Positions 27,546-39,347 of a stretch of DNA of 64,000 nucleotides are shown here, piece after piece; positions within the stretch are counted from its first letter, which is position 1; every line of letters starts with the position of its first letter. The DNA lies in assembly GCA_038230375.1 (NCBI GenBank), contig JBBRNJ010000008.1, forward strand, positions 64,001-128,000, given 5' to 3'. The DNA is from Polyangiales bacterium (lineage in GTDB: Bacteria > Myxococcota_A > Polyangia > Polyangiales > Polyangiaceae). Both the position numbers and the translations under genes were made by a program. The notes beneath the pieces were generated by a model. It worked only from the letters and a program-made list of their open reading frames with translations. It ran no database searches and was not told the origin of the DNA.

Positions 27546-29687
27546 GTGGCCTGCGGAACGAGCTGCGGATGCGGAAAGGCCAGCGCCAGCGCGCCCACGT
27601 CGAAGCTCGCAGAGCTCCCGAGTCCCGAGCAGCTCGCGCGCGCAGGCATGCATGCGGGCACCGAGCTCGATCTGGAGCGAATCTCCGCGCGCTCGCTCGC
27701 CGACCTCGGCGCGCATCCTGATCCGATCCCGTGGAAGGGCACCGTCGGCATCGTCCCGTCCCTCAACGCAATGCTCGCGATAGAACCGCCCGCTGGTCGC
27801 GGGCTGGGCGAGCGCGCAGCCGTTGCAACTTCGACGGTGACGTCCAGCGCCGCTGCCGCAAGCACTGCATCGTCGGCAACGGCGGACGGGGTGTACCGCA
27901 AGTCTGGTGGAGGCGGCGGAGATGGGGGCGGCGGCGCAGGCGCGTCGAAGAAGAAGGCCAAGATCGACCCAAAGCTGCCGGGCTCCGGCATCCCCGCGCG
28001 GCCGATCATCCGCGGGCTCGTCTGGGCGCGTCGTGCATCGCAGGTCGGGTTCTTCGGCCTGTTCATGTACTTCCTGTTCCAGACCGGCTTCCGCGGCAGC
28101 TTCACCGCGAGCTCGGATGCGGTGGTGCGCTTGCCGCTCCCGGTGGAAGGCTTCCTGCTCTCGGACCCATTCGTCGCCGCGATGACGGTGCTCTCCACGC
28201 ACACGATCTATCGCGGCCTCTTGTGGAGCGTGGGCATGCTCGCGCTGACGCTCGTCTTCGGCCGCGTGTTCTGCGGCTGGATCTGCCCCTTCGGAACGCT
28301 CCACCATTTCTTCGGGTGGATCCTCCCGTCCACGAAGGGTCGCGGCGCGCACCGCGTGGAGGCAAACAAGACGCACGGCTACCAGCGCGTGAAGTACTAC
28401 CTGATGTACGCGTTCCTCCTGGCCGCGCTCTTCGGCAGCGCGGTCGGCGGCATGTTCGATCCGATCTGCGTCGCGGTGCGGTCGATCGGGCTCGGTGTCA
28501 TCCCCGCGGGGCAGTACGTGACAGGCCGCGGCCTGAATGGGCTGCAGACCGTGCACAGCCAGGCGCTGCAGACCGGCGCGGACCACACGCAGGATTTTCT
28601 CGCGCAGACGGTGTGGCAGAGCAAACAGTTCTACTTCCACCAGACGTGGCTGATCCTCTCGCTGCTCGTTGCCGTCCTCTTCATGAACCGCTTCATCCCG
28701 CGGTTCTGGTGCCGCGTGCTCTGTCCGCTCGGCGCGTTCCTGGGCGTGTTCGCCCGCTTCGCGCTGTTCGGCATGGAGAAGGACCATGCAAAGTGCACGG
28801 ATTGCAATCTGTGCCTGGTCAGCTGTCAGGGCGCAGACTCGCCGCAGGGCGGTGTGAAGCACCGCCAGGACGAGTGCCACATGTGCATGAACTGCGAGGC
28901 GGCCTGCCCCGAGGACGTCATCAAGTTCCGCTTCTTGCCCTCGCGGGTGAGCACCATCACGAAGCCCGATCTCCAGCGACGCACGCTGCTCGCATCGGCG
29001 GCGGCGGGCGCGGCGTACATTCCGGCGGCGCGCATCGCGGACTCGCTGGACGTGAACTACCACTCCAAGGTGATCCGCCCGCCGGGCGCCGTGGAAGAGC
29101 GCGCGTTCCTCGAGCGCTGCATCCGCTGCGCGGAGTGCATGAAGGTGTGCCCGAACAACGCGCTCCATCCTGCGTTCCTGGAGGCGGGCGTGGAGGGCAT
29201 CTGGACGCCCATCCTCATCGCGCGCGTCGGCTACTGCGAGCACTCGTGCGTGCTCTGCGGCCAGGTGTGCCCCACCGGCGCCATCCAGAAGATCACCGAG
29301 AAGGAGAAGCTGGGCATCGGCGTCCCGCCCGTGAAGATCGGCACCGCGTTCTACGATCACGGCCGCTGCCTTCCGTGGAGCATGCAGACTCCCTGCATCG
29401 TGTGCGAGGAGTTCTGCCCCACGTCACCCAAGGCCATCTGGGTCGAAGAGGTCGAGGCGCCCGTCCGCGACAGCAAGCCGGGCCCCAGCGGCGAGCAGCC
29501 CGCGATGTTGACGGTGAAGCTGCAGCGCCCGCACGTGGACCCGAGCCTCTGCATCGGCTGCGGCGCCTGCGAGAAGGTCTGCCCCGTGCAGGATCAGCCC
29601 GCCGTGTACATCACCAGCGTCGGCGAGTCGCGCAGCAAGACGAACGTCATCTTGCTCGAGAACACCAACTACAACCAGAAGACCTGA
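27546..29687 (+). CDS. Membrane polyferredoxin (NapH/MauN-like fused to NapG/MauM-like 4Fe-4S protein)
   Basis: GRVFCGWICPFG, RFWCRVLCPLG, several CxxCxxCxxxCP motifs, RPPGA; start uncertain. Confidence 0.9.
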   Translation: MACGTSCGCGKASASAPTSKLAELPSPEQLARAGMHAGTELDLERISARSLADLGAHPDPIPWKGTVGIVPSLNAMLAIEPPAGRGLGERAAVATSTVTSSAAAASTASSATADGVYRKSGGGGGDGGGGAGASKKKAKIDPKLPGSGIPARPIIRGLVWARRASQVGFFGLFMYFLFQTGFRGSFTASSDAVVRLPLPVEGFLLSDPFVAAMTVLSTHTIYRGLLWSVGMLALTLVFGRVFCGWICPFGTLHHFFGWILPSTKGRGAHRVEANKTHGYQRVKYYLMYAFLLAALFGSAVGGMFDPICVAVRSIGLGVIPAGQYVTGRGLNGLQTVHSQALQTGADHTQDFLAQTVWQSKQFYFHQTWLILSLLVAVLFMNRFIPRFWCRVLCPLGAFLGVFARFALFGMEKDHAKCTDCNLCLVSCQGADSPQGGVKHRQDECHMCMNCEAACPEDVIKFRFLPSRVSTITKPDLQRRTLLASAAAGAAYIPAARIADSLDVNYHSKVIRPPGAVEERAFLERCIRCAECMKVCPNNALHPAFLEAGVEGIWTPILIARVGYCEHSCVLCGQVCPTGAIQKITEKEKLGIGVPPVKIGTAFYDHGRCLPWSMQTPCIVCEEFCPTSPKAIWVEEVEAPVRDSKPGPSGEQPAMLTVKLQRPHVDPSLCIGCGACEKVCPVQDQPAVYITSVGESRSKTNVILLENTNYNQKT

Positions 29688-29693
29688 GCGACG

Positions 29694-30392
29694 TCACTCG
29701 GGGTCGATGGCGCGTCCCTCGGGCTCCCCATCGGGAGAAGAGCGTCGAGCGAGTGTCGCGTAAGCGGCGAGGAATAGCGCCGCGAAGGCGACAGTGAAGG
29801 TCCAAGCGCGCGCGTTTGCCGCGGGATGCACAAGCGGCGCAAGAGCCGAGCGCGCGACCCTGAAGGGATGCACCGCCGCGTCCCACGTGTTGAGGCGCAC
29901 GAAGCGGCCCAGATAGATCCCGAACGCGGTGAGCACCGACACGATGCCCACGTAGCCAACGCTCGCGCGCCGCCCGACCCGCCGCTGCACCACACCCGCC
30001 GTCAGCCGCACTGCGGTCACGCCGAGCGTGAGCCCGGACCACGCAAACGACGCGAGCATCAGCGCATCGAACCACGCGGGCGCGTTGCTCTCTCGCCATC
30101 GGAGGTGCATCAGGTCCGTCACGATGTAGGGCGCGTTCGGAAGAAAGCCGATGAACGCGAGGCCGAGCCCAAGGAGGATCAGTGTGCCGCCCTCCTTGCG
30201 TGCGCGGGCGGCGATCAGGCGCGCGAGCAGGTACGGGATCCACGCGAGCGTGAGGTTCCAGAGGAGGAACGCGTATGCCGGCGTGCCAGTGAACCAGGCG
30301 CGGGCCATGACAAACGCTACCGACAGCGCACTGGAACAGAGCAGCGGGAGCGGCAAGGCTCGAGCGTGTCGGAAGGAGAGGCGAGGGGTCAT
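29694..30392 (-). CDS. DUF1361 family membrane protein
   Basis: WNLTLAWIPY, FLPNAPYIVTDL.H, GIYLGRF.RLNTWD. Confidence 0.9.
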   Translation of the reverse strand: MTPRLSFRHARALPLPLLCSSALSVAFVMARAWFTGTPAYAFLLWNLTLAWIPYLLARLIAARARKEGGTLILLGLGLAFIGFLPNAPYIVTDLMHLRWRESNAPAWFDALMLASFAWSGLTLGVTAVRLTAGVVQRRVGRRASVGYVGIVSVLTAFGIYLGRFVRLNTWDAAVHPFRVARSALAPLVHPAANARAWTFTVAFAALFLAAYATLARRSSPDGEPEGRAIDPE

Positions 30393-30488
30393 GTGCTCAT
30401 GAACGCACACGTGGGGGTGCGATACGAGCCGGGCGTGCGTGAGCGGTCGAAGCCCGGTCGTGAGTGGTCGCGGGGAGCGGGGGACGCG

Positions 30489-30896
30489 TCAGGCGGACTT
30501 TTTGGCAGTGCGGACCTTCTTCAAGCGCACCGGAACGGAGGGCATGTGGCGGGCTTCGGAAACGTCGCTCCGTGGCTTCGTGAAGTAGGTGGCGCTTGCG
30601 AGGGGCCCATGCGGCAGATCGCGAGGTGCGCAGGGAAGCGAGCAGAGGGGCTTGGGCGGAAGCGCCATCCGCGGGCGCGGCACGGGGACTTGCTCTGGTC
30701 CTCCGATGAAGTCCTCGCTTCGCGGGTCGAGCTGCAGATCGGCGGTCACCAGATCGACGATGTCGTTCAGGTGATTCACGCGCATGCGCACCTCGGATGT
30801 CCTCGACATGGGGATGGTGGGCGGCGGCAGGGTCTCGCGCTCCTGGGGAGATGACTCCAGGTTCGCGTCGTCGTTCGCTGCGGGGAAGGGGAGCAT
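30489..30896 (-). CDS. Small hypothetical protein
   Basis: Fills the gap between genes; AGAGG RBS-like site and sigma-54-like promoter just upstream. Confidence 0.5.
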   Translation of the reverse strand: MLPFPAANDDANLESSPQERETLPPPTIPMSRTSEVRMRVNHLNDIVDLVTADLQLDPRSEDFIGGPEQVPVPRPRMALPPKPLCSLPCAPRDLPHGPLASATYFTKPRSDVSEARHMPSVPVRLKKVRTAKKSA

Positions 30897-30919
30897 TGAT
30901 TGCCTCTGCACGAGCACGA

Positions 30920-30935
30920 AGCAAGGTAGATGCCC
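30920..30935 (-). promoter_or_regulatory. Sigma-54 promoter candidate
   Basis: GGGCATC-TACC-TTGCT on the minus strand. Confidence 0.55.
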
Positions 30936-31132
30936 AGCTGACCCCTTCCGGTTCTTCGCGCGAATCGCTCGAAAATTCTCGGACCGTCAGTGCATCAACG
31001 GTCCACGCCGCTGGGGGCCGCCGAATCGCTGACGTGAACACCAATCCACACGGAAATAAAATACCGGCACAGCGTGGCACGGAGCCTAAAAAAGCCGCCC
31101 TTCGGTCTGCCAGCCGGCTAACGTGACCTCCG

Positions 31133-32176
31133 ATGAAGAACGACACATTTCTTCGTGCGTGCCGCCGCGAGAAGACCGCCCACACGCCGATCTGGATGAT
31201 GCGTCAGGCAGGTCGGTACATGTCGGAGTACCGCGCCTTGCGCGCCAAATACTCCATGCTGGAGCTCTGCAAGACGCCGGAGCTGGCCGTACAGGTCACG
31301 CTGCAGCCACTGCGCCTGGGCTTCGACGCGGCGATCCTCTTCGCGGACATCCTGCTGCCGCTCGAGCCCATGGGTTCGAGCTTCGAGTTCGCGGCGGGCG
31401 AAGGTCCCGTGATCCACGAGCCGATCTCGACGCTCGCGCAGATCGAGAAGCTCCGCGTGATCGAGCCCGAGGACGGCCTTGGCTACATCATGAAGTCGAT
31501 CGGCATGCTCAAGAAGGAGCTCCAGATCCCGCTCATCGGCTTCGCGGGTGCCCCGTTCACGCTCGCGAGCTACCTCATCGAGGGCGGCAAGAGCGCCCAC
31601 TTCGTCAAGACGAAGAAGATGATGTACGAGGCGCCCGACGCGTGGAACCTGCTCATGAGCAAGCTCTCCGAGGTCGTGCGTCGCTACATGCGCAAGCAGG
31701 TGGAGGCGGGCGCAGACGCGATGCAGCTCTTCGACTCGTGGGTCGGTCAGCTCTCGCCACAGGACTATGCGGACTACGTGAAGCCGCACGTCGCACACAT
31801 TCTCCAGGACCTGCAGAAGAACACGAACGTCCCCGTCATCCACTTCGGCACCGGAACGTACTCGCTCCTCGAGCATCAGAAGGAGGCGGGCGGGACCGTC
31901 ATTGGTCTCGACTGGCGAACGCCGCTCGCGGAAGGCTGGAAGCGCGTGGGACACGATCATGCAGTGCAGGGCAACATGGACCCGACGGTGCTGTTCGCGC
32001 CGGTCGAGATCGCAAAGAAGCATGCGGCGCGGGTTCTCACGGCGGCGGAGGGCCGCCCCGGCCACATCTTCAATCTTGGTCATGGCATCCTGCCAGAGAC
32101 CCCCGTCGACACCGTGAAGGCGATCGTGGACTTCGTGCACGAGGAGAGCACGCGGCAAGAAGAGCAGCGCTCATGA
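31133..32176 (+). CDS. hemE: Uroporphyrinogen decarboxylase
   Basis: PIWMMRQAGRY, LIGFAGAPFTLASY, IFNLGHG. Confidence 0.97.
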   Translation: MKNDTFLRACRREKTAHTPIWMMRQAGRYMSEYRALRAKYSMLELCKTPELAVQVTLQPLRLGFDAAILFADILLPLEPMGSSFEFAAGEGPVIHEPISTLAQIEKLRVIEPEDGLGYIMKSIGMLKKELQIPLIGFAGAPFTLASYLIEGGKSAHFVKTKKMMYEAPDAWNLLMSKLSEVVRRYMRKQVEAGADAMQLFDSWVGQLSPQDYADYVKPHVAHILQDLQKNTNVPVIHFGTGTYSLLEHQKEAGGTVIGLDWRTPLAEGWKRVGHDHAVQGNMDPTVLFAPVEIAKKHAARVLTAAEGRPGHIFNLGHGILPETPVDTVKAIVDFVHEESTRQEEQRS

Positions 32177-33156
32177 GCGCCAAGGACCGCACGGCGGTCG
32201 TGCTGATCGCGCATGGAACCGTGGAGGACCTTGCGGACCTCCCTTCGTTCCTCGCGAACATCCGCCGCGGCCATCCGGCGCCGCCAGAGCTCATCGCAGA
32301 GGTGCGGCGTCGCTACGAGGCGATCGGCGGACGCTCGCCGCTCACGGACATCTCGCGCTCGCTCGCGCACAAGCTCACGGCGGTGCTGGGCCTTCCCGTG
32401 CGCCTCGCGATGCGCCTGTTCGCTCCGTTCCCGAAGGACGTGCTGGCCGAGCTCGCGAAGGAGGGACGCGATCAGATCGCCGTCGTTCCGCTGGCGCAGC
32501 ACTCCGCCAAGATCTACGTGGCGTCGGTGGCCGACGCAGCGGCGCAGCTCGCAAAGGAGGACACGAGCGGCCGCACCACGTTCACCGTCCGTGGCGCAGA
32601 GAACTGGGGACGGACGCCCAGCCTCAACGCGGCGTTCGAGGGCGCCGCCCGCGAGGCGCTCCTTGCTGCCGGTGCGACGTCCCCCGCAGAGGTCGCGACG
32701 ACCACGCTCCTCTTCACGGCACACAGCCTTCCAAAATTCATCATCGACGCCGGCGACCCCTACGACGTCGAGGTGCAAGAGGCGGCCCGCGAAGTGGGCG
32801 CGCGCCTCACGGCCAGTCCCGCGTTCGCAGGTCTGGACGTCCGTGTCTGCTACCAGAGCCAGGGCATGTCGCAGCCTTCTCGCGACGGAAAGCCACAGCC
32901 GTGGCTGGGACCGGATCTGAAGGCGGCGCTCGCAGATATTGCTCGATCCGGCAAGAAGAGGGTCGTCGTTGCGCCCATCGGGTTTCTGGCTGATCATGTC
33001 GAGATCCTGTACGACCTCGACATCGAAGCCATGGGTTGGGCGAAGGAACTATCGCTGTCTTTCTCACGCACGCGGTCGCTCGACGACAGCGAGCCGATGG
33101 TGCGCGCGATCACCGACGTGACACGCGGCGTTCTCGCGGAGCTAGGCGTGGCATGA
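32173..33156 (+). CDS. hemH: Ferrochelatase
   Basis: RRYEAIGG.SPL, TAHSLP, WLGP, DHVEILYDLD; ATGA overlap with hemE. Confidence 0.93.
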   Translation: MSAKDRTAVVLIAHGTVEDLADLPSFLANIRRGHPAPPELIAEVRRRYEAIGGRSPLTDISRSLAHKLTAVLGLPVRLAMRLFAPFPKDVLAELAKEGRDQIAVVPLAQHSAKIYVASVADAAAQLAKEDTSGRTTFTVRGAENWGRTPSLNAAFEGAAREALLAAGATSPAEVATTTLLFTAHSLPKFIIDAGDPYDVEVQEAAREVGARLTASPAFAGLDVRVCYQSQGMSQPSRDGKPQPWLGPDLKAALADIARSGKKRVVVAPIGFLADHVEILYDLDIEAMGWAKELSLSFSRTRSLDDSEPMVRAITDVTRGVLAELGVA

Positions 33157-34583
33157 CCGACGGACGCAGCGCAAACGATCGCCCGCGCCACGTCGTCGTC
33201 GTCGGTGGCGGCATCACGGGTCTCGCGGCCGCCAGGGCGCTCGAGCACCGCGTGAAGGGAGCTCTTCGCGTCACGCTGCTCGAAGGCTCCGATCGCCTCG
33301 GCGGCAACATCCTCACCGTGCGACACAACGGGTTCACGGTGGATGCCGGCCCCGACTCCTGGGTCTCGTCCAAGCCGGAGGCCAGCAAGCTCGCGGAGGA
33401 CGTCGGCCTGGGCGAGGACATCATCGCCACGCAAGAGGGCTCACGGAAGGTCTACATCCTGTCCGGCGGCAAGCTGCTCGCGCTCCCGGAAGGCTTCGTC
33501 CTTGGCATTCCGACGGAGATGGGGCCCGTGTTCAAGTCCGGGCTCTTCTCCTGGGACGAGATCGCGCGCATGGGCCTGGACTACTTCGTCCCGCGCCGCA
33601 CCACCGACGAGGACGAGTCCGTCGCCGATTTTCTCTCGCGTCGCCTCGGTGACCCCATCGTCGATCGCATCGCGGGCCCGCTGCTCGGCGGCATCTTCGC
33701 GGGCGACGCGCGCACCATCAGCGTGCGCGCCGCGTTCCCGCAGTTCGTGGCCGCGGAGGCCAAGTACGGCTCGCTCATCAAGGCAATGCAGGCGGCCAGG
33801 AAGGCGCGTCTTGACACGAAAGACGGGAAGGACGGGAGCGCATTCGTTTCGCTGAAGGGCGGCATGAGCGATCTCGTCACCGCCACCGCGCACCTCCTCA
33901 AGATCGCCGACGTGCGCAAGAGCGAGCGCGTCCTCGGAATCGGCCGCGCAGAGGAAGGCGACCCGCGTGGGCGCTGGGCGATCACCACGGTGAAGGAGGT
34001 CCTCTTCGCAGACGACGTGGTGCTCGCGATCCCGCCGGTCCTCGCGCGCAAGCTGCTCGCCGAGCTCGCGCCCGCATTCGACGGCCTGTACGAAGGTCTG
34101 CGCGCGCATTCCACGGCGACCGTGTTCCTTGGCTATCGGGCGCGCAGCGTCAGCCACCCGCTCGACGCCACGGGTTTCATCGTGCCGGCGCAGGAGAAGC
34201 GGCCCATCCTGGCCTCCACGTGGGTCACCTCCAAGTGGGAGCACCGCGCGCCCGCGGGCCACGTCATGCTCCGCGTCTTCTTCGGCGGCGCCAATGGTGA
34301 GAGCGTGCTCGAAGCAGACGACTACGCCCTGGTCGCGACCGCGCGTCGTCAGCTCGCGGAGATCATGGACATCACGGCGCTGCCTGTCTTCTCACGCGTC
34401 TTCCGCTGGGACCATGCCAGCCCGCAGATGAACGTCGGTCATCTCGAGCGCCTGAAGGCCATCAAGGCGAAGCTGCAAGAGTTCCCCGGCCTCTACGTCG
34501 CCGCGAACGGCTATCAGGGCACGGGCATCCCGGACTGCATCAAGCAAGGCAGTCAGGTCGCCGACGAGATCGCGGCGACCTAG
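33153..34583 (+). CDS. hemY: FAD-dependent proto/coproporphyrinogen oxidase, HemY family
   Basis: VGGGITGL, RLGG, AGPDS, GIFAGD, GIPDC; ATGA overlap with hemH. Confidence 0.93.
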   Translation: MTDGRSANDRPRHVVVVGGGITGLAAARALEHRVKGALRVTLLEGSDRLGGNILTVRHNGFTVDAGPDSWVSSKPEASKLAEDVGLGEDIIATQEGSRKVYILSGGKLLALPEGFVLGIPTEMGPVFKSGLFSWDEIARMGLDYFVPRRTTDEDESVADFLSRRLGDPIVDRIAGPLLGGIFAGDARTISVRAAFPQFVAAEAKYGSLIKAMQAARKARLDTKDGKDGSAFVSLKGGMSDLVTATAHLLKIADVRKSERVLGIGRAEEGDPRGRWAITTVKEVLFADDVVLAIPPVLARKLLAELAPAFDGLYEGLRAHSTATVFLGYRARSVSHPLDATGFIVPAQEKRPILASTWVTSKWEHRAPAGHVMLRVFFGGANGESVLEADDYALVATARRQLAEIMDITALPVFSRVFRWDHASPQMNVGHLERLKAIKAKLQEFPGLYVAANGYQGTGIPDCIKQGSQVADEIAAT

Positions 34584-34589
34584 CGCTTC

Positions 34590-36350
<1,761 letters not shown>

Positions 36351-36497
36351 GCAGTAAAATGTAGTGCAGAAGGCGTCGTGATGAGCGCTGGATCCACCCG
36401 TCCGGTCCAGGAGACACAGCTCGCGGCCGCTCGATCCCCCAAAACGCCGCGAATATCGAGGCAAAAGGTGTGGCATGGAAGGTGAATGTAGGTGGGA

Positions 36498-37232
36498 ATG
36501 CGCATCGCCGCCGCTTCGCTCCTGGCCGTCCTGTCCGTTGCTGGGTGCTCGTCTGCCGCCGCGGAGGACACGGGCACGACAGAGGGCAGCTCATCGCAGG
36601 ACCTCACGCTCGGCGCGTACAACGCGAGCACCGCGGTCGCGTATGCAGGCAAGCACTGGAGTGACGGCGTGGGGCTCTGTTCCGAGTTCACGTCGAAGGC
36701 GCTCAGGGCGGGCGGCCTCGACATCCCCGTTTTGCCGTACGTGCCGAACCTGGAGAAGGCGCTCTCGACCGTGAAGTTCGAGGAGCATCGCAAGGGCTCA
36801 TCCACCGTCAGTGCAGAGCCGGGCGACGTGATCATCTTCAGCAACGCGACAGGTTCGCGCTTCTGCATCGACCACAGCTCGGACGAGCACAACTGCGGCC
36901 ACACATGCCTCGTCACCGTGGGCGGCGCGGGCGAGTCCAACATTCTCGCCGACTGTCACAACAACGCGCACCATCACATCGCGATCGGCGACGAGCTCTC
37001 GGGGGGCTACACGACGTACCGCGTCTATCACGTCGCGTCCTCACCAGAGACCACGGCCCCCGCTGGCACCGTCGGCTGTTCCATGGACCAGGACTGCAAC
37101 AGCGGCAAGACAGGCACGGAGACCGTGTGCTCGCGCACGAAGCTCTATTGCATCCACGCCTGCCATACCGACAGCGACTGCGCCGGCGGCACCTCGTGCA
37201 CGCAGACCTCCCCGCACTGGAGCTGCAACTAG
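36498..37232 (+). CDS. Lipoprotein with putative amidase (NlpC/P60 superfamily) domain and Cys-rich tail
   Basis: VAGC lipobox; YN...AVAYA, CSEFTS.AL.AGG, PGDVI, GHT, HNN. Confidence 0.75.
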   Translation: MRIAAASLLAVLSVAGCSSAAAEDTGTTEGSSSQDLTLGAYNASTAVAYAGKHWSDGVGLCSEFTSKALRAGGLDIPVLPYVPNLEKALSTVKFEEHRKGSSTVSAEPGDVIIFSNATGSRFCIDHSSDEHNCGHTCLVTVGGAGESNILADCHNNAHHHIAIGDELSGGYTTYRVYHVASSPETTAPAGTVGCSMDQDCNSGKTGTETVCSRTKLYCIHACHTDSDCAGGTSCTQTSPHWSCN

Positions 37233-37236
37233 CGCG

Positions 37237-37899
37237 TCAGGCCTTTTCGTCGGACTTGACGGCGGGAGCGGCGCGGCGGTGCTTGATGAACTCGATGATG
37301 GCCGGCAGGATCGAGATGAAGATGATCGCGAAGACGACGACCGAGAAGTTCTTCTTCACGATCGGGTAGCCGCCAAACAGGTAGCCCGCGCCGAAGAGGC
37401 TGGTGACCCAGAGGACGGCGCCTGCGACGCTGTAGCCGATGAACTTGCGGAAGTTCATGGCGCCCGCGCCCGCCACGAACGGCGCGAAGGTGCGGACGAT
37501 GGGGACGAAGCGAGCAATGATGATCGTCTTGCCGCCGTACTTCTCGAAGAACGCGTGCGTCTTGTCGAGGTGCTTCTTGTTGAAGAGGCGCGACTTCTCG
37601 CCCTTCATGACGCGCGGCCCGATGGCCTTGCCGACCTGGTAGTTCACGTTGTCGCCGATGAGCGCGGCCGCGATGAGCCCGAGCGCAAGCACCAGCGGGT
37701 TCAGCCCGCTGTTCTCCAGCGACGCGACCGCGCCCGCCGCGAAGAGGAGCGAGTCACCGGGCAAGAACGGCGTCACGACGAGGCCAGTCTCGCAGAACAC
37801 GATCAACCACAGGATCGCGTACGTGGTGGTTCCATATTGCGCCGTGATCGCCTCGAGGTGCTTGTCGAGGTGAAGGACGATGTCGAGCAGCTCTTTCAT
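37237..37899 (-). CDS. DedA family protein
   Basis: ETGLVVTPFLPGDSLLF, ARFVPIVRTFAPFVAG. Confidence 0.95.
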   Translation of the reverse strand: MKELLDIVLHLDKHLEAITAQYGTTTYAILWLIVFCETGLVVTPFLPGDSLLFAAGAVASLENSGLNPLVLALGLIAAALIGDNVNYQVGKAIGPRVMKGEKSRLFNKKHLDKTHAFFEKYGGKTIIIARFVPIVRTFAPFVAGAGAMNFRKFIGYSVAGAVLWVTSLFGAGYLFGGYPIVKKNFSVVVFAIIFISILPAIIEFIKHRRAAPAVKSDEKA

Positions 37900-39224
37900 C
37901 AGGCAGATTCGCCGCCGCTACCGCCGCTCCCGCCAGGCCCAGGCTTGGGTCGGAAGCTTGCGGGAGGGGGAGGCGGGAGGTCGCCGGACGCGGGAGGCGC
38001 GGGGACAGTCGCAGCCGTCTGTGCGGCCTTCATGTTGGCGGATGGCGTACCGGTACCCGTGCCTGGCCCGGTACCGGTACCTGGCAGGGTGCCGGTCCCC
38101 GGCCCGGTGGCCGGTGTTGCGGCGGGAGCGGGAGCGGGAGTCCCCCCCGCGGGCGGGGTGGGTGCAGCTGCTTCGCCGACCTTCGGGCTCGAGCCGCCGG
38201 GGCTGGGGCTGGGACCGGGAGCGCCAGTACCAGGAGCGCCGGTACCGGGAGCGCCAGTACCGGGAGCGCCAGCGCCGGGTATGGCCGGTGTGCCTACGGG
38301 TGTCTGATGAAGGATCGCGGGCGGGGCGGCTGCGGCTGCGGCCTTGCTCGTGAGACCCGGCGCCGTGTTTTCCTCGGCCATGCCGAGCCCGTCGGCCTTC
38401 GGGATCTCGATCTCGCGCGTGGGCGCGTCGCCGTCGGGGTCCTCGTCGGTGATCGACTTGAACTCCTCGATGCGAATGAGGATGGCGGTGATGTTGTCCT
38501 CGCCGCCGTGCTCGTTCGCCTTCGTGATGAGCCGCTTGCAGGCCTCACGCATGTCCGTGGTCGCCGCCACGATGTTCTGGATGTCCTCATCCACGACCAT
38601 GCCGGAGAGACCGTCGGAGCAAAGTACGTACACGTCCCCGGACCGGGGATCATCGTGTTGCAGGTCGACGACGACCTGATCCTGCATTCCGAGGGCACGC
38701 GTGATCACGTTCTTCGGGAGCTCGCTCCGCTGCTCTTCCGTGAGGTCGGGCATGGCGAGGAGGTAGTCATTGATGAGGGAGTGATCGCGCGTGAGCTGCT
38801 GGATCTTCCCCTCGCGCACGCGGTAGCAGCGGGAGTCACCCACGTGCCCGATGTACATGCGCTTCTTGCGGGGGCTGAACATGCAGCCGACGACCGTCGT
38901 GCCCATGCCATGGCATTCCCGCGAGCGCGTGCTGCGCTCGAAGATCTGCCTGTTGGCGACCCGAATGCCGGTGAGCAGACGGTTCTCCTCCTCCGACAGG
39001 TTGGTGTCGAAGTGGAACGGCCAGGTCACGTCCTCGTTCGCGGTCGAACGAAAGAACTCGGAGATGGTCTCCGTTGCGAGGCGAGACGCTACGTCTCCCG
39101 CGCGGTGCCCTCCCATGCCATCCGCCACGACGAACAGATCGAACTCCTTCAACACAACGTATGAATCTTCGTTGTGCTCCCGCTGGAGTCCTACGTCGGA
39201 CAAGCCGGCTGCCACTGCGCGCAT
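37899..39224 (-). CDS. PP2C-family (Stp1-like) Ser/Thr phosphatase with Pro/Gly-rich tail
   Basis: R.HNED, VADGMGG, HVGDSR, CSDGL, GGEDN; start could be up to 39278. Confidence 0.95.
   Translation of the reverse strand: MRAVAAGLSDVGLQREHNEDSYVVLKEFDLFVVADGMGGHRAGDVASRLATETISEFFRSTANEDVTWPFHFDTNLSEEENRLLTGIRVANRQIFERSTRSRECHGMGTTVVGCMFSPRKKRMYIGHVGDSRCYRVREGKIQQLTRDHSLINDYLLAMPDLTEEQRSELPKNVITRALGMQDQVVVDLQHDDPRSGDVYVLCSDGLSGMVVDEDIQNIVAATTDMREACKRLITKANEHGGEDNITAILIRIEEFKSITDEDPDGDAPTREIEIPKADGLGMAEENTAPGLTSKAAAAAAPPAILHQTPVGTPAIPGAGAPGTGAPGTGAPGTGAPGPSPSPGGSSPKVGEAAAPTPPAGGTPAPAPAATPATGPGTGTLPGTGTGPGTGTGTPSANMKAAQTAATVPAPPASGDLPPPPPASFRPKPGPGGSGGSGGESA
38214..38280. repeat. 15-bp tandem repeat encoding GAPGT units
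   Basis: About four ACCGGGAGCGCCAGT-like units. Confidence 0.75.
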
Positions 39225-39347
39225 CAAATGATCGTCTCCGGTTTGGTCCAGGCTTTCATCGCCGCCTGTGGGTGTCAAGCCCCTGTCTCGGGATAGCCCG
39301 AACAGACTCGAGGCTCGTGCGTTACTCGGGTCGGTAGTACCTCGCCC

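Noticed and set aside
31123..32172. Apparent 677-aa ferrochelatase with a long N-terminal extension
   Set aside because: The extension is an alternate frame over hemE; the real start is the ATGA overlap at 32173
36471..36485. Sigma-54-like TGGCATG-GAAG-GTGA
   Set aside because: The -12 GC dinucleotide is missing
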